This document shows, piece by piece, positions 59,571 to 64,000 of a stretch of 64,000 nt of DNA; positions within the stretch are counted from its first letter, which is position 1, and the number at the start of each line of letters is the position of its first letter. Made by a program: the position numbers and the translations under genes. The notes beneath the pieces were generated by a model. It did no database searches and was not told the DNA's origin. It saw nothing but the letters and a program-made list of their open reading frames with translations. The DNA comes from Basidiobolus meristosporus CBS 931.73 (Eukaryota; Fungi; Basidiobolomycota), in the NCBI GenBank assembly GCA_002104905.1, contig MCFE01000330.1, forward strand, positions 29,388 to 93,387, in the 5' to 3' direction.

Positions 59571-59573
59571 CTT

Positions 59574-61625
59574 ATGATCTCATCAAAAGGCCGTCACAAA
59601 GTGAAAGTCCCAGGACTAAGAGGTACTAATCTTGTCAAGACACCATCCAGAGACCATTGAAAAAAAATTGCACCGCAGATTTCACAAAAAACTTAGTCAA
59701 AATATTTCATCACAACAATGTATAAGTGGCTTTTGATTGGTTCCCTGTCAATTTGCTCACTTACAGATCCCAGACACTCAATTGCCTCCTATGTTTGAGT
59801 GAATTGATTAGCTATTGCCTCTTTTTCACACTCCTTACTTCCTGAATCAGCCATTTCTCTTACTTTTCATGTGTACAAATTATTTCCGTTGAAGCTTTAG
59901 TTGTACCTCAATTGCCATTTGTACTGACTATACAAGTCCCTATACCCAACACTAACATTAAGCCCAACCCCACACTCAACAAGTAACTCCATTAAAATCC
60001 ACCACTCAATAAGTATTTCTGCTGTAACACTCTGGTTCCATGACTTTGGCAGCAACCCAATGGCTTTATGCCACTGTTCATTCACTGGTTCCCACACATC
60101 CTGGTCTTCAGCTGGCACTGCAAGGTCTAGCTCCTCATCTGCCATTCCTTGCAATAAATGCTTGCAATATTCCAGTGTGTTCTCTTGAGCACTGCTCTTG
60201 AAGAAGTGTTGCAACCTCTTGGTGTGCCTATTGATGTTCCAAAACTCCACTGAAGGCATTGTGATAGTCTTTCAAGCTCTTGACATTGTAGCCTTGTCTG
60301 TCAGTGGGATCTCCACGCTGTCAACAACAGAGGCTGTGTATGCTGTGGATACTGTGGTAGACAAATTGCCTTTTTCAGCAAACTCATCTACCTTGCTGGA
60401 GTGTAACTCAACTGGCTGTGCTTCCAACTCTTGTGAGAACAGCTGCTTTCTTGTTGGTAATTCTTCTTGGCTATGATGGGATTCAGTCTATTCCTGGCTT
60501 GTGGTGTTAATTGGCAAGAACTGCAGTTTTTTTTGCTTGCTTCCCTGTCTCAGGCTTGGGTAGACATTTTTCCCTTTACCTTTTCCTTTATCACTGCCAG
60601 GTCCTTCACCGCCGCTTTGTCTGAGTGCTTCTTGTAAAGAACTATGTTTTCTCCTGGATAAATTCTGCTCTGACGCATCTGTTTTGGCCTGCTTGTCCCT
60701 TGCTGGCACTCTTCTGGCAACCTGATGTTTCTCTTCAGCTTGTTTTGAGCTCTCAACTGTAGTTGTGACAGGCTCCTGTAAAAGCAGCTAGCTTTTGTCA
60801 CTGCCAGGTCCTTCACTGCTACTTTTACTAGGTGCTTCTTCAGTGGTACTAAGCTTTTTCCTTGATAAATGCTGTGCTTGTGCATCCATGTCTGCCTGCT
60901 TGTCCCTAATTGGCACTCTTCCAGCTGCCTGACATCTCTTTGACACTTGTCTGGAGCTTTTGGTCCTGCTTGTAACAGGCTCTTGAGGAAGCCACTGGTT
61001 TTTAGCCATGGCACCCTTGTTCTTCTGCCTTTGATAGTTTCTGCTACTCTTGAGATACACTCTTAGCATACCAATGCTGGCCCAAAATCTGTTTGCCCAT
61101 TTGAATTCAAGATAATGCTCATGGAACAAGTCAAGTGCATTCTGCTTGGCCTTGAGTTCCTGATGGTCCCATGGTATGCCAGCCATAAGGTGATGGTGTG
61201 CTATACTTTTGACAGCCTCTTGTATGTTAGCCCACTCTTCATTATTGCACTCAACGGCTTGGTGGATCTTCAATGTCTTTTGATTTTTAGGCTTTGGTAT
61301 AAACACCACATTGTCTCCCTCCCATGCTGTGATAGGTTTTTCTGTGGGCTTTATCTTTGGGCACTGTTGTTATGCTTCAAAGACTGTATGGTGTGCCTCT
61401 GCTGTTACATTGGGAAATGGCTCAATTCTTGGCTGTTACATTGAGCTACTTGAGTTCCTTCTATGCAGCAAAGATACTGCTTTCTCTACCTGGGATATTG
61501 ATTGCTCTCCATGTATTATCTGCTCATCCTGTTTCTGGACTATTTCCTGATTTCTTGGGGCCATTGTATCTATCCTATCAGCCACTGCACCTAATTGCTT
61601 CATTAATGCATTGGTATAAGCTGAC
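59574..61625 (+). mobile_element. CACTA-like left half (subterminal region and ORF2 relic on minus with a 207-bp internal repeat)
   Basis: CATCAAAAGGCCGTCACAAA at 59581; ORFs 59897-60259, 60488-60709, 60788-61309; TCACTGCCAGGTCCTTCAC at 60591 and 60798. Confidence 0.7.
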
Positions 61626-61694
61626 TGTTGTAAGAGTCTTGGAGATATTGGAACTGATTGGGAGAACAAGTAGATTATGTGGTATTCACTTAAT

Positions 61695-62428
61695 AGACTT
61701 GTTCCATTGGATAGTGCCACATTGAGCCATGAGTGCCAAATGATGCCATAGTGTGCCAGAGAGGCCAAGTGAGCCTCTACCTGGCCACAGGGTGTGAAAC
61801 ATAGCTCCGCATCTTCATGCAAAGCAGCCCCTGTGTTTCACCCATTGTGTTGGAGAAAATCCATTTTTTGACCTTTTTTTGTGGATCAATGTAGCTCAGG
61901 ATGTGTGGGAGCACAGGAGAACTGAAGATATGCATCTGGTACTCAATACCCATGGCACTCTGAATCTAGCTCCTGTAGTTTGTATCATGTCACAAAAATG
62001 AATGGCACTATCTTGGTCCACTGGTACTATCTGGCACTATAAGTGCTTTGTATTGATCTTACTTTAGGGCTAATATTTAAATATAGTGCCAGAGAGTACC
62101 AGTGGACCAAGATAGTGCCATTCATTTTTGTGACATGATACAAACTACAGGAGCTAGATTCAGAGTGCCATGGGTATTGAGTACCAGATGTATATCTTCA
62201 ATCTGCTTGTGCTCTAACATATCCTGCACAACATTGATCCAAAAAAAAAGGTCAAAAAATGGATTTTCTCCAACACAATGGGTGAAACACAGGGGCTGCT
62301 TTGCATGAAGATGCAGAGCCATGTTTCACACCCTGTGGCCAGGTAGAGGCTCAATTGGCCTCTCTGGCACACTATGGCATTATTTGGCACTCATGGCTCA
62401 ATTTGGCACTATCCAACGGAACAAGTCT
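61695..62428. mobile_element. Palindromic MITE, 734 bp, TSD AAT, inserted in the Copia LTR
   Basis: AAT|AGACTTGTTCCATTGG...CCAACGGAACAAGTCT|AAT; comparison with solo LTR 13518-13865 gives the empty site. Confidence 0.95.
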
Positions 62429-62721
62429 AATGACTTATTGAATGTAAAAGTAGTATTTATACTTTACATGGTCTTGGCATTACAAACACGTAGAATAGGT
62501 TAAGGAAGGTCCCAAGAACATGTGTGCAAAGTTTGGGGCTGTTTGGACAACTTTGAGAATTTTCATGTTCTGGGTACCTGGTATTTTGGTGGCAATATTC
62601 CATGTAAATCCCAGCAAGGAATTTGGTCAGTATTCTCTAGGATTTGAAGGTGATGATCTAAGTGACTAAGTTAGGTGAATATTTAGGTGGAATTACAAAT
62701 TTTTACAACACTCCCACTCAG

Positions 62722-63999
62722 CTAAATGTTCATACTGACTAGTCCTAATTTTGACCTAAGATATTCAAACTTGTCTCTGGCTAATGGTTTGGTAAATATA
62801 TCTGCAATCATTTCATCTGTAGGACAGTAAGCTAAGCTAACTAAGTTATTCTCTATAGCTTCACGTATGAAATGATGTCTAATATCTATGTGCTTGGTTC
62901 TAGCTTGAAAAGTTGGATTTCTACCTAATTGTATACATCCTTGATTATTTTGAAATAAAGTAATAGGCGTTTTTTGACATAGGCCTAAATCTGTAAGCAG
63001 CTTTCTTAACCACATTGATTCTTTTTTAGCTTCACAGGCTGCCATATACTCTGCCTCTGTAGTAGAAAGTGCTATGGTTGGTTGCTTTCTTGAATTCCAT
63101 GAAATTGCTCCTTTACACTAAAGAAAGGTGTATCCTGTGGTGGATCTTCTGTCTTCCAAATTTTGTCCCCAATCAGCATCAGAGTATCCCACAAGATCCT
63201 GTTCTGAATCCTTATTAGTGTATCTTAAGCAGATATCAGCAGTTCCTTTTAGGTATCTAAAAATCCGCTTAACTGCTGCAATATGATCAGATCCATAGTT
63301 CTGATTATGTTGGCTGACAACTCCCACTGAATATGAGATATCTGGACGTGTTCCAAGCATGATATACATCAGACTGCTGACCATAGATTGATAAGGAAAG
63401 TCAGGGCTTTCAGATGGCACCAAGCTCTCTTGATTTGGTTGAGTTTTGACCAAGTTAAGGTTTGTCTCCATTGGGGTAGCTGCCGGTTTACAGTCTTCCA
63501 TTTTGTACTTCTTTAGTGAATCTTGAATATACTTGGATTGGCTTAGGGTAATAGTCTGGGTACTTCTGTCTATGAAGAACTTAATCCCTAAGTAGTAACT
63601 AAGTTCTCCTAGATCGGACATCTTGAACTCCTTAGATAGGTTGGATTTAGTCTCTTCCAATGTTTCTAGGTTATTGGCGGCTATAATAAGATCATCCACA
63701 TATAGAGCTAATAGAACTGGATTTGCTCTATCTGGCATATAGTATATACTATAGTCAGCATTACTCCTTTTGAAACTCAAAGATTCCAAATAAGAATCTA
63801 TCTTGCAATTCCAGGCTCTCGGTGATTGTTTGAGACCGTATAGTGACTTTTTAAGCTTGCAGACCAAATGGGGGTTATCTTGGTCAACAAACCCATCAGG
63901 CTGGTCCATATACACGTCCTCATCAAGTTCTCCATTCAAAAATGCAGTTTTTACATCCATTTGATGAATAAAAAACTTATATTTGGCTGCAATAGCCAA
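62722..63999 (-). pseudogene. Copia pol RT (RVT_2) plus RNase H, one in-frame TAG at 63118-63120
   Basis: [41 protein letters not shown] and RTKHIDIRHHFIRE; the 72 nt between the two ORFs read in frame as CKGAISWNSRKQPTIALSTTEAEY. Confidence 0.9.
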
Positions 64000-64000
64000 T

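Larger units (their letters stand above)
61626..64000 (-). mobile_element. Ty1/Copia retrotransposon, 3' part (runs off window); 3' LTR 61626-62710 interrupted by a MITE
   Basis: LTR TGTTGTAAGAG...TTTTACAACA; PPT CTCCCACTCA at 62711-62720; pol follows. Confidence 0.92.

Noticed and set aside
1908-62428. Repeated inverted units as a CRISPR array, REP/BIME system or invertible phase-variation switch
   Set aside because: The units are dispersed 730-bp TSD-flanked MITEs, with no repeat-spacer periodicity, no cas genes, no site-specific recombinase and no prokaryotic gene organisation.
854-62503. Most 60-130 aa ORFs in the six-frame track as genes
   Set aside because: They are antisense or off-frame shadows, or broken pieces of the TE ORFs annotated above.

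Overview
Eukaryotic DNA: one 5'-truncated, CpG-normal host-like ORF (3-968), then about 63 kb of nested, mostly CpG-depleted transposable elements. The taxon cannot be determined from the sequence. Five TE systems can be reconstructed from junctions. (1) A two-ORF PHIS (PIF/Harbinger-ISL2EU-Spy) DNA transposon of about 3.4 kb with AGACTTGTTC termini and 3-bp ANT target duplications (Pangu-like). It is present as three full-length copies (two with an intact 294-aa DDE transposase, one self-nested) plus deleted or fragmentary copies. (2) A 730-bp fold-back MITE (two 347-bp arms, 40-bp spacer) with the same left terminus, six copies. (3) Many fragments of a CACTA/EnSpm-like (CMC) element with C(C/A)CTATGAAAAATAA ends. 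(4) Ty1/Copia elements: two full-length decayed copies with LTRs and TSDs, further relics, a nearly intact pol at the right edge, and a young non-coding 3.3-kb derivative. (5) A Ty3/Gypsy relic and several solo LTRs, three of which sit in GCGC/ACGC 4-bp targets. No rRNA, tRNA or CRISPR was seen. The best candidates for something new are the CpG-free transposase paired with a CpG-rich partner ORF, the self-homogenising and flipping palindromic MITE, and the GCGC-targeting LTR family. All counts and alignments were done by eye, and fragment boundaries are approximate.
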